Positions 10,294 through 18,687 of a DNA stretch of 64,000 nt are shown here, piece after piece. The DNA is from a virus (lineage: Duplodnaviria; Caudoviricetes): the IMG/VR virus record IMGVR_UViG_3300005573_000008, positions 5,641 through 69,640 of that record. One strand, written 5' to 3'. Each line of letters opens with the position of its first letter. Position 1 is the first letter of the stretch. The translations under genes were made by a program, and so were the position numbers. The notes under the pieces were generated by a model. The model had not been told where the DNA came from. It ran no database searches and saw only the letters and a list, made by a program, of their open reading frames with translations.

Positions 10294-10901
10294 CCACCAT
10301 GAGCATGCCACGACCCAACTCCATCTCACCTGCCCAGCAGCGTGCAGCACGGGCACGCCAGAACCGGATGATTCGCGAGAGCCAGGCCAAACACCTGCTG
10401 CCCAATCCCGCACCCGCGCCTCAGCCGGGGCGCGCTCCGGCGGGCAAGCGGTTCACATTGGCCGATGTCAGGCGCGTGCAGGTGGACGTGACGGCCGCGG
10501 CACACGGGCGCATCGTGGCCAGCACGCAGCAGGGGCGGCTGTTCCCGCAGGCGCTTGCCGAGCACTTCGGCGCGGCGGGCAACGTGCGCAAGGTGACGAT
10601 TGACGCGCTGCCCAAGAGCGCGTTCTTTCCCATCGCGCCCGATGAGCGCGACCCGCTGACGGGCGGCGAGCCAATGCTGCTGGTCATCACGGTGACACAC
10701 GCCAACCATCCAGACGTGCCGGAGCACACCTGGTACGTCAATGCCGCCGACCTGAGCGACCTGCATCCCAGAACGCACGAGCCGTTGTTCCAGGCCGCGC
10801 AGGCGGCGCAGGAACTGCACCGGCTCTATCCGCACCGCGACATCCCCGCTGACGCTCCCCGCGCGCCGCGCAGGCGCGCGCGCACGAAAGCCAAGGCATA
10901 A
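10290..10901 (+). CDS. Hypothetical tail-operon protein with basic termini
   Basis: GTGA overlap with the upstream stop; 203 aa; Arg-rich ends. Confidence 0.65.
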   Translation: MTTMSMPRPNSISPAQQRAARARQNRMIRESQAKHLLPNPAPAPQPGRAPAGKRFTLADVRRVQVDVTAAAHGRIVASTQQGRLFPQALAEHFGAAGNVRKVTIDALPKSAFFPIAPDERDPLTGGEPMLLVITVTHANHPDVPEHTWYVNAADLSDLHPRTHEPLFQAAQAAQELHRLYPHRDIPADAPRAPRRRARTKAKA

Positions 10902-10904
10902 CGT

Positions 10905-10972
10905 ATGGCAGGCTTGGGCGCATCCCTCATCACGTTCACGCCCTCAACCCTCATCCGCTCGGCGCAGTTAAT
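10905..10972 (+). pseudogene. Orphaned 5' fragment of the small tail-fibre gene (MAGLGASLITFTPSTLIRSAQ)
   Basis: Near-identical peptide to the start at 12154; it runs into insert sequence and stops at TAG 11028-11030. Confidence 0.8.
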
Positions 10973-10980
10973 TACCGAAC

Positions 10981-11008
10981 TTGTGACTACCGCGCGGAAT
11001 TGTATAAT
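10981..11008 (+). promoter_or_regulatory. Sigma70-type promoter of the GIY-YIG cassette
   Basis: TTGTGA (10981-10986), 16 bp spacer, perfect TATAAT (11003-11008), in an AT-rich patch. Confidence 0.7.
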
Positions 11009-11019
11009 GTATAGTGTAA

Positions 11020-11111
11020 GTGCCGTCTAGGTTGGGATTAGCTACCTCAGCCGAAAAAGGGTTTCTCTAGACCCCCTGGCGGTATCGCATTTAGAGACTC
11101 ACACTAGAGAG
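11020..11111 (+). ncRNA. Structured cis-regulatory leader RNA (three-way junction; loop complementary to the RBS)
   Basis: P1 11020-27/11078-85, P2 11030-36/11046-52, P3 11059-62/11071-74; the P3 loop TTCTCTAG (11063-70) can pair with CTAGAGAG (11104-11111) at the start codon. Folded by eye. Confidence 0.6.
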
Positions 11112-12088
11112 TGAGACCAGTGGACAAGCCTGCCCCTTTACCACTGTGCGGTATCTATGCCGCCACGTGTATGCCCACCGGAAAGCAGTACATCGGTCGC
11201 TCCATTGACATTCAACGGCGCTGGAACGATCATCTCAAGCTTCTTCGCGCTAACAAGCACCACAGCCCCCACTTTCAATATGAGTGGAACAAATACGGAG
11301 AGAAAGCCTTCCAGTGGACAGTGCTGGAACAGTGTTCACTCGACCGGCTTACGGAGCGTGAGCAACACTGGATAGACACGCTCGCGCCGCAACTCAATGT
11401 TGCGTTTCAGGTAGACAAGCCATTTGATTTCACGCCAGAGATACGCCAGCGCATGGCTGAGGCGGCACGACGACGCCTTCAACGAGATGGGCATCCTCAC
11501 GTGGGCAAGAAGTTCAGCGCCGAGTACCGCCACAAGCTCGCCATAGCCCATCTCGGACAGGTGCCATCCAATAAAGGTGTGCCGATCAGTGCTGCTACAC
11601 GTCAACGTGTTTCAGAAGCGGTGCGCGCTCATCACAGTTCTGAAGAGTATCGCGCCCGTGTAAGTGCGTGGCAGACTGGCCGCAAGCAATCAGTGAAAAC
11701 GCGCCAGAAACGGTCGGAATCACTCAAACAGGCGTATGCAGAAGGACGACGTATTTCCTTTAATCTAGGCAAGCCTGCATGGAACAAAGGCAAGACGTGG
11801 GGGCCGGAAACACGAGAAAAGTTGCGCCAGATCGGCCTGGAACGCGCCGCCCGTGGCGAAATATCGACTGCCCAACTCATGACATCAGAGGCGCGCTTGA
11901 AAGCGTACGAGACCAGTCGAGCCAATGGCACACTGGCGCGTCATACCATGCCACATTCTGAGGAGACAAAGCGACGCATCGCGGACAAGAAACGCGGCCA
12001 CGTTCAGAGCGCCGAGACCCGCGCCAAACGGAGCGAGTCGCTCAAACGGGCCTACGCGGAAGGGCGTCGCAAGCGGCAAAGTCAGTAA
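11111..12088 (+). CDS. GIY-YIG homing endonuclease with NUMOD3-type DNA-binding repeats
   Basis: CGIYA...QYIGRS...R W..H...EREQHWI...LN catalytic motifs; repeated GKKFSAE / GRKQSVKTRQKRSESLK / HSEETKRRI motifs. Confidence 0.92.
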   Translation: MRPVDKPAPLPLCGIYAATCMPTGKQYIGRSIDIQRRWNDHLKLLRANKHHSPHFQYEWNKYGEKAFQWTVLEQCSLDRLTEREQHWIDTLAPQLNVAFQVDKPFDFTPEIRQRMAEAARRRLQRDGHPHVGKKFSAEYRHKLAIAHLGQVPSNKGVPISAATRQRVSEAVRAHHSSEEYRARVSAWQTGRKQSVKTRQKRSESLKQAYAEGRRISFNLGKPAWNKGKTWGPETREKLRQIGLERAARGEISTAQLMTSEARLKAYETSRANGTLARHTMPHSEETKRRIADKKRGHVQSAETRAKRSESLKRAYAEGRRKRQSQ

Positions 12089-12102
12089 CGGTTCATCAGA
12101 TC

Positions 12103-12133
12103 GAACGGACAGTGTGCGATACGCTGTCCGTTC
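12103..12133 (+). terminator. Hairpin downstream of the endonuclease gene
   Basis: GAACGGACAG (12103-12)/CTGTCCGTTC (12124-33) perfect 10-bp stem; only a short T tail. Confidence 0.45.
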
Positions 12134-12153
12134 TTAGTGCTAGGGGGTAGCGA

Positions 12154-12523
12154 ATGGCCGGTCTCGGCGCAACGCTCATCACGTTTCTCGCCCTCAACAT
12201 TAATCCGCTCGGCTGATGTCAACTCGAATCTCGCGGCGCTCAACGGCGCGAGTGCTCCGTCGTTTACCACGATCACGGTGTCGGGCCTGGCGACGGTGGG
12301 CAAGCTGACGTCGGATGGCGGCAAGATCACCAGCGATGGCGCGGGCAACCTGTCCATCGTGGGACTAACCGCGACCGGCACGATCTCCGGCGCGATTGCT
12401 GCCACGGCACTCACGCTCAACGGCAACCCCGTCCCGATCACCGATACCGCCGGGCAGAAAATCTGGACGGGCACGACCGCGCCGAGCAGTCCAAACATCG
12501 GCGACATCTGGATTAAAGCGTAG
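12154..12523 (+). CDS. Small tail-fibre/adaptor protein with an apparent +1 frameshift at 12184-12186
   Basis: RBS GGGGG then ATG 12154 MAGLGATLIT; an extra T shifts the frame; the +1 frame continues FSPSTLIRSADVNSNL... to the C-terminal TAPSSPNIGDIWIKA. Confidence 0.7.
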
Positions 12524-12532
12524 GCGGTATAC

Positions 12533-13876
12533 ATGGGCACGAAGACATTCGGCAACACCAGCGCGCAGGCCGGTGACACCTACTACTCCACCGCCAACGG
12601 CACCTCGTGGGCCTCCGGTTCGACGGGCACCGCGCCGGAGGAGATGTACATCGACAACATCTACATCTACTGCGGCTCACACGATGGCGGCGCGAGTTCC
12701 TTCACCTTCGGCGTCTTCGACGGCAGCCTGAACCTGCTCTCCTCCACCGGCAGCTATTCGTACGGCACCGGCTACGGCTGGAATCATGGCTCGCTCGGCG
12801 CTGGCTCCTACTGCCATATCGCGTCCGGCGCGCTGTTCAAGGCCGGGTTCTTCGCCACGGGGCAGGGGTCGCAAATTCAGTGCGACACGAACACGACCAA
12901 CGGCAGTTTCTACATCCAACTCAACACCAGCAGCCTGGGCAGCATGGGCGGGGCGATGCACGACACCGGCTCCGGCAACCTCCAGTGGTATGTCACGTAT
13001 TTCCCGCACGCCACGATCTCCGGCCTGTCTTCGTCGAGCGGTACCGTTGGCCAGAACATCGCCGTCTACGGGCAAAGCTTCTCGGCGGGCATCGCGTCCG
13101 TCACGCTCTCCGGCGTCGGCTGCTCCTACTCGGTGCAGAGCGATAGCCAGTTGACCTTCACCGTGCCAGCGGGCGCGAACAGCGGCACGCTGACGGTCAC
13201 GACCTACGCCGGTCAGGCGAGTTACAGCACGTTCTACGTCGTGCCGACCTTCAGCAGTCTGTCGGCGTCCAGCGGGCACACGGGCGATACCGTCTCGATC
13301 TACGGCACGGGCTTCGTCCAGGTCAACGGCGTCTATTTCAACGGCGTCGCTGCCAACTACAGCGTCATCAGCGACACGCAGATCAACGCCACCGTGCCTG
13401 CCGCCGCCACGACCGGCCCGATCCATATTGCCACGGCGGGCGGCAACGCCTACAGCGGCACGTTTAGCATCCTGCCCACCATCAGCGGCTTCAGTCCGAC
13501 CAGCGGCGGCGTCGGCACGGCGGTGACGATCAACGGGTCGGGCTTCGCGGACGCCACGGGCGTGCAGTTTAACGGCACCGCCGCAGGCAGCGTGACGGTC
13601 AATTCGGACACCCAGATCACCGCCAGCGTGCCGTCGGGGGCCACCACTGGCCCGATCACGGTCACCGGCAATGGCGGCAGCGTCGCCAGCGGCACCAACT
13701 TCACCGTTGCCAGCGCCTACGTCTATCGCAACGTCAGCGGCACGAACGAGTGGGTGGACGCGTCCGAGGTCGCTGTCTACCGCAACGTCAGCGGCACGGA
13801 CGAGATGGTCATCGCCACCGGCACGTACGTCTACCGCGATGTCAACGGCACGCCGCAATGGGTGATCGCATCATGA
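12533..13876 (+). CDS. Tail fibre / receptor-binding protein with tandem IPT/TIG-like domains
   Basis: Three repeats of P.I..LS.SSG..G..V.I.G..F....V.F.G.....V.SD.QI...VP.GA.TG.I.V; C-terminal triple YRNVSGT repeat. Confidence 0.8.
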   Translation: MGTKTFGNTSAQAGDTYYSTANGTSWASGSTGTAPEEMYIDNIYIYCGSHDGGASSFTFGVFDGSLNLLSSTGSYSYGTGYGWNHGSLGAGSYCHIASGALFKAGFFATGQGSQIQCDTNTTNGSFYIQLNTSSLGSMGGAMHDTGSGNLQWYVTYFPHATISGLSSSSGTVGQNIAVYGQSFSAGIASVTLSGVGCSYSVQSDSQLTFTVPAGANSGTLTVTTYAGQASYSTFYVVPTFSSLSASSGHTGDTVSIYGTGFVQVNGVYFNGVAANYSVISDTQINATVPAAATTGPIHIATAGGNAYSGTFSILPTISGFSPTSGGVGTAVTINGSGFADATGVQFNGTAAGSVTVNSDTQITASVPSGATTGPITVTGNGGSVASGTNFTVASAYVYRNVSGTNEWVDASEVAVYRNVSGTDEMVIATGTYVYRDVNGTPQWVIAS

Positions 13877-13885
13877 GGAGAGTGT

Positions 13886-14254
13886 ATGGCTACCCAGCGT
13901 TCGCGTGGCCCGCGTCCACGCCCCACGCGCATCGCGTTTCAGCAGCGGCACCTGGCCGACGCCCGCGCGCGGCTGACGGTCATCGCCCTGACCGAGGACG
14001 CGTGGCAGCGCAGCGAGGAGGAGCGCGTGCAGGCTACCCTGCGCTCGCGTCAACTGGAACTGACCCACGAGTACCTGCTCAGTGACCTGACCTGGTGGCT
14101 GGCGCGCCAGTACCGGCTACATCCCGAACGGGGCGAGCAGTGGGAACTGGATCTGGAACACATGGAGCTGCGGCGTGTGGATGCGCCCGATCACCACGTG
14201 GATGCCGATGCAATGGCACCCAGTATCCGGCAGGACGCCCAGCAAAGTGAGTAG
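13886..14254 (+). CDS. Hypothetical protein (possible fibre assembly factor)
   Basis: RBS GAGGAG; directly follows the fibre gene. Confidence 0.6.
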   Translation: MATQRSRGPRPRPTRIAFQQRHLADARARLTVIALTEDAWQRSEEERVQATLRSRQLELTHEYLLSDLTWWLARQYRLHPERGEQWELDLEHMELRRVDAPDHHVDADAMAPSIRQDAQQSE

Positions 14255-14335
14255 TGTATGTCTAGTACTCGCACGAGTAACCGGTCTGGTGCCTCTCCAC
14301 CGGAACACTCGCTTGACCCGCATGAGGAGAGAGAC

Positions 14336-14800
14336 ATGCAGCCGGTCGCCACTATGTCCGATGTTATCGCCGCTATTGACCGCCTGGAGACCAAGCTCAC
14401 GACCCGCCTAGACGCGATGGAACGCGCCTTTGACCAGCATCGGGAAAACCTGCCTGAGATGTACATGCCGCGCCGTGAGCTTGCCGCCATTCTGGACGGC
14501 ATAAAAGACCAGAACGCTGCCAACGCCGTGCGCATTACCGCGCTGGAGGGGCATGTCGGATCGTTGCAGAAGGATACCGACACGCTCAGCATCACGCTGG
14601 CAAAAGATGTGGCCTCGTCCCGCCTGCAAGCCGTGCAGGAAAACAACGCCACGGCCAGGGAGGCGACCAGCCTCACCAACGCGCTGCGCGAACATTTCGA
14701 TGCCCGTACGATTGCCATGTACTCGCTACTGGCGATTGTCCTGCTGCAAATCCTGCTCAGTTCCTTCGGCATCCCGCTCCACGTCAGCGTTAAGCCCTAG
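14336..14800 (+). CDS. Coiled-coil protein with a C-terminal transmembrane helix (holin-like)
   Basis: RBS GAGGAG then ATG 14336; heptad-like body; hydrophobic IAMYSLLAIVLLQILLSSFGI. Confidence 0.5.
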   Translation: MQPVATMSDVIAAIDRLETKLTTRLDAMERAFDQHRENLPEMYMPRRELAAILDGIKDQNAANAVRITALEGHVGSLQKDTDTLSITLAKDVASSRLQAVQENNATAREATSLTNALREHFDARTIAMYSLLAIVLLQILLSSFGIPLHVSVKP

Positions 14801-14865
14801 TCTGTTCGCATCGTGTAGTGTTCCCCGATATCTGCCCGCTAGTGCGCGGGCGAGGAGGCATGTCC

Positions 14866-15702
14866 ATGTCTACGGCAACAGCCAGGGGCGCGGAGAAGGT
14901 CGCCGTGGTTCCGGCGCACCTCTACACGCCTGGCGGCATCTTCGATCACACTGGCTTTCACCTGCCGCTGGCGGTCTGGCAACCCCTGGCGCACCGGCTG
15001 CTCTCGCCCGCGCTGGTGAAGCTCATCAAGCACCTTGGCCCCGCGCACCCCGACGTGCAGGAGGCCGTCCACGCGCGGCTGCATGGCATCTGGCGCATTG
15101 ACCGCTTTGACGCGCCGATTGAATACTATGCCGCCAAGGCGCTCGGCGTCGCGCAAGCCGACATCCAGGACTTCGCCGCGCTGCCCGCTGCCATCCGCGA
15201 GCAGGCCGACGCGCTCTTGAAGCGCAATCACCGGCCCGAAAGCAGCGCCTTTGAGGAAACGTTTGAGAACATCTTCCTGATCGTCGGTGTCCAGGCGCTC
15301 TGGAATCAGGCGGTCGGCTCCGGCACGGCCAACAGCAGCAGCGCGGCGGCGGGCGCGGACGCCTACTACAACAACGCCCAGGCGATGATCGGCGTGGGCG
15401 ACAGCACGACGGCGGCGGCCAATACCGACACCGATCTGGACGCGACCACCAACAAGACCTACGTCGGCATGGACGCGTCCTACCCGTCGATCACCGGCGG
15501 CAGTTCGGAGAACATCGTCTTCCGCGCCACCTTCGGCACCTCCGCCGCGAACTACGGCTGGAACGAGTTCGTGGTCAACAACCGCAACGGCAGCAACAGC
15601 ACCACCAGCGGCGGCTCGACGCTCGACCGCGTGGTCAGCAGTCAGGGCACGAAAGCGGTGGGTCAAACCTGGCAGCCGTCGCTGACCCTGACGATCAGTT
15701 AG
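14866..15702 (+). CDS. Probable virion structural (minor tail) protein
   Basis: RBS GAGGAGG; C-terminal IGVGD...ATFG...AN..WNEF motif of the kind seen in minor tail proteins. Confidence 0.6.
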   Translation: MSTATARGAEKVAVVPAHLYTPGGIFDHTGFHLPLAVWQPLAHRLLSPALVKLIKHLGPAHPDVQEAVHARLHGIWRIDRFDAPIEYYAAKALGVAQADIQDFAALPAAIREQADALLKRNHRPESSAFEETFENIFLIVGVQALWNQAVGSGTANSSSAAAGADAYYNNAQAMIGVGDSTTAAANTDTDLDATTNKTYVGMDASYPSITGGSSENIVFRATFGTSAANYGWNEFVVNNRNGSNSTTSGGSTLDRVVSSQGTKAVGQTWQPSLTLTIS

Positions 15703-15753
15703 TCCTCGGAGCATGTTCCCCGACCACTCGGCTCACGCAGCCAGGAGCAGCAT

Positions 15754-16047
15754 ATGGCTGGCAACGCGATTACCCCCGCCCAGATCGACCAGATGGCCGC
15801 GCAGGACGCCAACTGGCTCGGTCAAGTGCTGGCGCAGGTCGAGCGCCGCATCTACCAGTGGCAGACCAACTGCGGCACGGCGGCGCAACTCACCGCGCTG
15901 AACTACACCAACGCCGGCGACCAGACGCAAATTCTGCAACTCCTCGCCAACCTTCAGGCGATCAATGCGTGCATGACCGGCACGCAGACTGCCGCCAACA
16001 CGCACGACATGCGCGTCGATTTCGCACAGCTTCAGGGCATCAGTTAG
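15754..16047 (+). CDS. Hypothetical protein
   Basis: RBS GGAG; 97 aa, in operon. Confidence 0.65.
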   Translation: MAGNAITPAQIDQMAAQDANWLGQVLAQVERRIYQWQTNCGTAAQLTALNYTNAGDQTQILQLLANLQAINACMTGTQTAANTHDMRVDFAQLQGIS

Positions 16048-16058
16048 GATAGACCGGT

Positions 16059-18344
16059 ATGGCCGAGACCACCATCGTCAGCGGGTCAGCGTGGAAGACG
16101 GGCATGCCCTCTTCCAACCAGACCTTCTACGCAGTCAACAGCGGGCGGTGGTGGACGTTCCAGGTCGGCGTGACCTCCAACACCATCACCACGTCCTACT
16201 ACTGGAACGGCAGTTCGTGGGTCGCCAGCACCTCGCTGACGGACGCGACATGGGCACCTGGCAGCAACAATGACTGGTGCGCCGCGTATCTCAACATCGC
16301 CTCGACGGATGTGGTCTATCTCGTCGCCTACAGCGGCTACGTGATTCGCGCCGTCATCAGCGGGACGGCGGTCTCCTACGGCACGCGCGTCCAGTTTGCA
16401 GCCATCAATACTGGTACCGAGCCAAACGGGGTCGCGGCGGCGTTCGACAGCAGCAACAAGCTCTGGATAGTGTACGACGACTCTGGTGATTCGTACTACA
16501 CTGTCTCCTCGACGGCGGAGACGGGCAGCAGCGGCATTACCGGCTATTCGGGCACATACAGTGCGTGGCCGTCCTACTCGAACTACGTCCACTCGCACGT
16601 GCTGCTGCCTATCAGCACCGGCATGCTGTTGCTCTCGGACGACTCGCAAAGCCCGCCGACCGGCGTCAACTACAACTACATCACCGCACCAGGCAACGTC
16701 ACGCCAAGCGAGGTGTTCGCGACTGCGGTCACGATGCAGCCGGAGGACTGGGCGGCATGCAAGGTCTCCGATAGCGATGTCCACTGCGTGCGCATCACCG
16801 GTAGCAACACGTTTGAGCATCGCCGCTGGAACGGCACGTCGTGGAACGCGGGCCAGACCATCCCGACCCAGGCCGTGCTGGCGGGCGCGAACATCAACCT
16901 GGTCTCCGACGGCACGAATGTCTGGCTCATCTGCCTCAGTTCCGCCGCGGGCAATCCGGTCGTCTATGTCGAGTGGAGCGGCGGGGCGTGGGGCAGTTGG
17001 CAGACGCTTGAATCAACCAGTGCCACGCGGGACGGCGTTGTCTCCAGCCCGCAGGTCGCCAGCAACGCCATTCAGGTCGTCTGGACGGAAGGCAGCGCCA
17101 GCCCGTTCAGCGTCGCGGGCGAGCAGTTGCTCCTCAGCAACGGCCCGACCACGGTCACCGTTGCCGATAGCGCGGCGGGTGCGCAGAGCGTCACGCTGGC
17201 GACGGTCACGCTCAGTCTGGCGGACAGCGCGGCGGGAGCCGAGAGCAGCCTGGTCATCGGCCTGCCGCTGCCGGACGCAGGCACGGGCACGGAGCACCTG
17301 ACGCTGGCTCCGGTCGCCATCGCGCTCGGTGACACGGCCTCCGGCTCCACCACGCCCAGCATCGCGGTCTCCGCGCCGGTCAGCGACAGCGCGGCGGGCA
17401 GCGCGTCCGTCGGCCTGGCCACGATCTCCGTGCCGCTCGGCGACGCGGCGGCGGGCAGCGACGCCATCACTGTCACGGCGACCATGTCCGTCGTGGATCG
17501 TGCCACGAGCAGCGATGCCGTGAGCCTTAACCTGATCACCTTCACCGTCGCCGATGCCGCGACGGGCCACGAGGTGCAGACGATCACCGTCACGCTCGCA
17601 CCCCGTGACACGGCAGCGGGCAGCGAGGGCGTGAGCGTCCAGCAATCCGGCGTCACGACCGTCTCCGTCAGCGACAGCGCCAGCGAGCAGACCGTCGTGG
17701 CACTTGGCCCGATCACGCCTGGCGTGAGTGACAGCGCGACGGGTATGCAGGCGCTCGCGGTCTTCGTGCCGCTGGTGCTCAATGACACGGCCTCTGGCAT
17801 GGATGTGATCGCACCGCTGGTGCGGACGACCGTCGCGGACAGCGCCACGGGCACCGACCAGCCCAGCATCACCGCCAGCGTGCCACTGTCACCCGACGCG
17901 GCGACCGGCACGCAGGGCGTCGTGCTGGCCACCGTCAATATCCCGCTCAGCGACCGTGCCGCTAGCGCGGAGGCGTTGACCGTCCAGATCGAGCCAGCAG
18001 CAGGCGATGCCGCTAGTGGCACGGAGCAGGTCAGTCTCGCGCCCGTCGCCATCGCGCTGGTGGAGAGCGCGACCGGCGCGACGCTGCAAGCCGTCACGGT
18101 CACGCCCAGCGTGCCCGCCGACGTGGCGAGCGGCACCGACCTCGTGTCCGTCATCCAGTTGAGCGTTGTACTGGTGCCCGTCAGCGACACGGCAACCGGC
18201 GCGGAAGCGGTGGTCTACACGCCGGTCACCTATGTCGCCGTGACGTTTGTCGCGCTCGACGGCAGCGCCACCTTTACCTGCGTCGATGGCCGCGCGACGT
18301 TTGCCGCGCTCGACGGCAGCGCGGTGTTCTACGCGTTAGATTAA
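16059..18344 (+). CDS. Large virion protein: propeller-like N-domain plus ~19-aa V.V.DSA.G repeats
   Basis: Trp/Tyr-rich N-terminal half; the C-terminal half is built from repeated DSA(A/T)G units; ends with ALDGSA-like repeats. Confidence 0.65.
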   Translation: MAETTIVSGSAWKTGMPSSNQTFYAVNSGRWWTFQVGVTSNTITTSYYWNGSSWVASTSLTDATWAPGSNNDWCAAYLNIASTDVVYLVAYSGYVIRAVISGTAVSYGTRVQFAAINTGTEPNGVAAAFDSSNKLWIVYDDSGDSYYTVSSTAETGSSGITGYSGTYSAWPSYSNYVHSHVLLPISTGMLLLSDDSQSPPTGVNYNYITAPGNVTPSEVFATAVTMQPEDWAACKVSDSDVHCVRITGSNTFEHRRWNGTSWNAGQTIPTQAVLAGANINLVSDGTNVWLICLSSAAGNPVVYVEWSGGAWGSWQTLESTSATRDGVVSSPQVASNAIQVVWTEGSASPFSVAGEQLLLSNGPTTVTVADSAAGAQSVTLATVTLSLADSAAGAESSLVIGLPLPDAGTGTEHLTLAPVAIALGDTASGSTTPSIAVSAPVSDSAAGSASVGLATISVPLGDAAAGSDAITVTATMSVVDRATSSDAVSLNLITFTVADAATGHEVQTITVTLAPRDTAAGSEGVSVQQSGVTTVSVSDSASEQTVVALGPITPGVSDSATGMQALAVFVPLVLNDTASGMDVIAPLVRTTVADSATGTDQPSITASVPLSPDAATGTQGVVLATVNIPLSDRAASAEALTVQIEPAAGDAASGTEQVSLAPVAIALVESATGATLQAVTVTPSVPADVASGTDLVSVIQLSVVLVPVSDTATGAEAVVYTPVTYVAVTFVALDGSATFTCVDGRATFAALDGSAVFYALD

Positions 18345-18378
18345 CTGTCGCTTCCGCGTAGCGCCTCCGGAGGCCCCT

Positions 18379-18687
18379 ATGGCGATATCACCCTGGCCGG
18401 CTGGCCAGACGCAGCCACTGCAAGCGACGCTGGCCAATCAGGATGGCACGATTCCAAATCTCACCAATGGTGTGCCGTCGCTGCTGATCGTCAATGCGCG
18501 TACACGCGAGCAGACTATGGGAACGGGCACCTTCGGCGCGATCAACACCACGACCGGTACCGTGACCTACACATGGGGCGCGGGTGAGACGGCCACTGTC
18601 GGCGCGTACCGCCTGTACATCGTTGTGACGTTCCCCAATGGCTCCAACATCCTGTTTGGTCCCGTGATCTGGGACGTCACCTTGTGA
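18379..18687 (+). CDS. BppU N-terminal-like baseplate/fibre attachment protein
   Basis: G.V.Y.W....T...G.Y...I.V.FP.G pattern typical of BppU-like domains. Confidence 0.55.
   Translation: MAISPWPAGQTQPLQATLANQDGTIPNLTNGVPSLLIVNARTREQTMGTGTFGAINTTTGTVTYTWGAGETATVGAYRLYIVVTFPNGSNILFGPVIWDVTL

Noticed and set aside
10905-12154. Group I or II intron or intein around the GIY-YIG gene
   Set aside because: No P/Q/R/S elements, no group II domain V, and no intein Cys/His-Asn motifs; the downstream copy has its own RBS and start.
13718-13876. Diversity-generating retroelement TR/VR pair in the fibre repeats
   Set aside because: The repeats are short and tandem, differences are not adenine-specific, and no reverse transcriptase is in the window.
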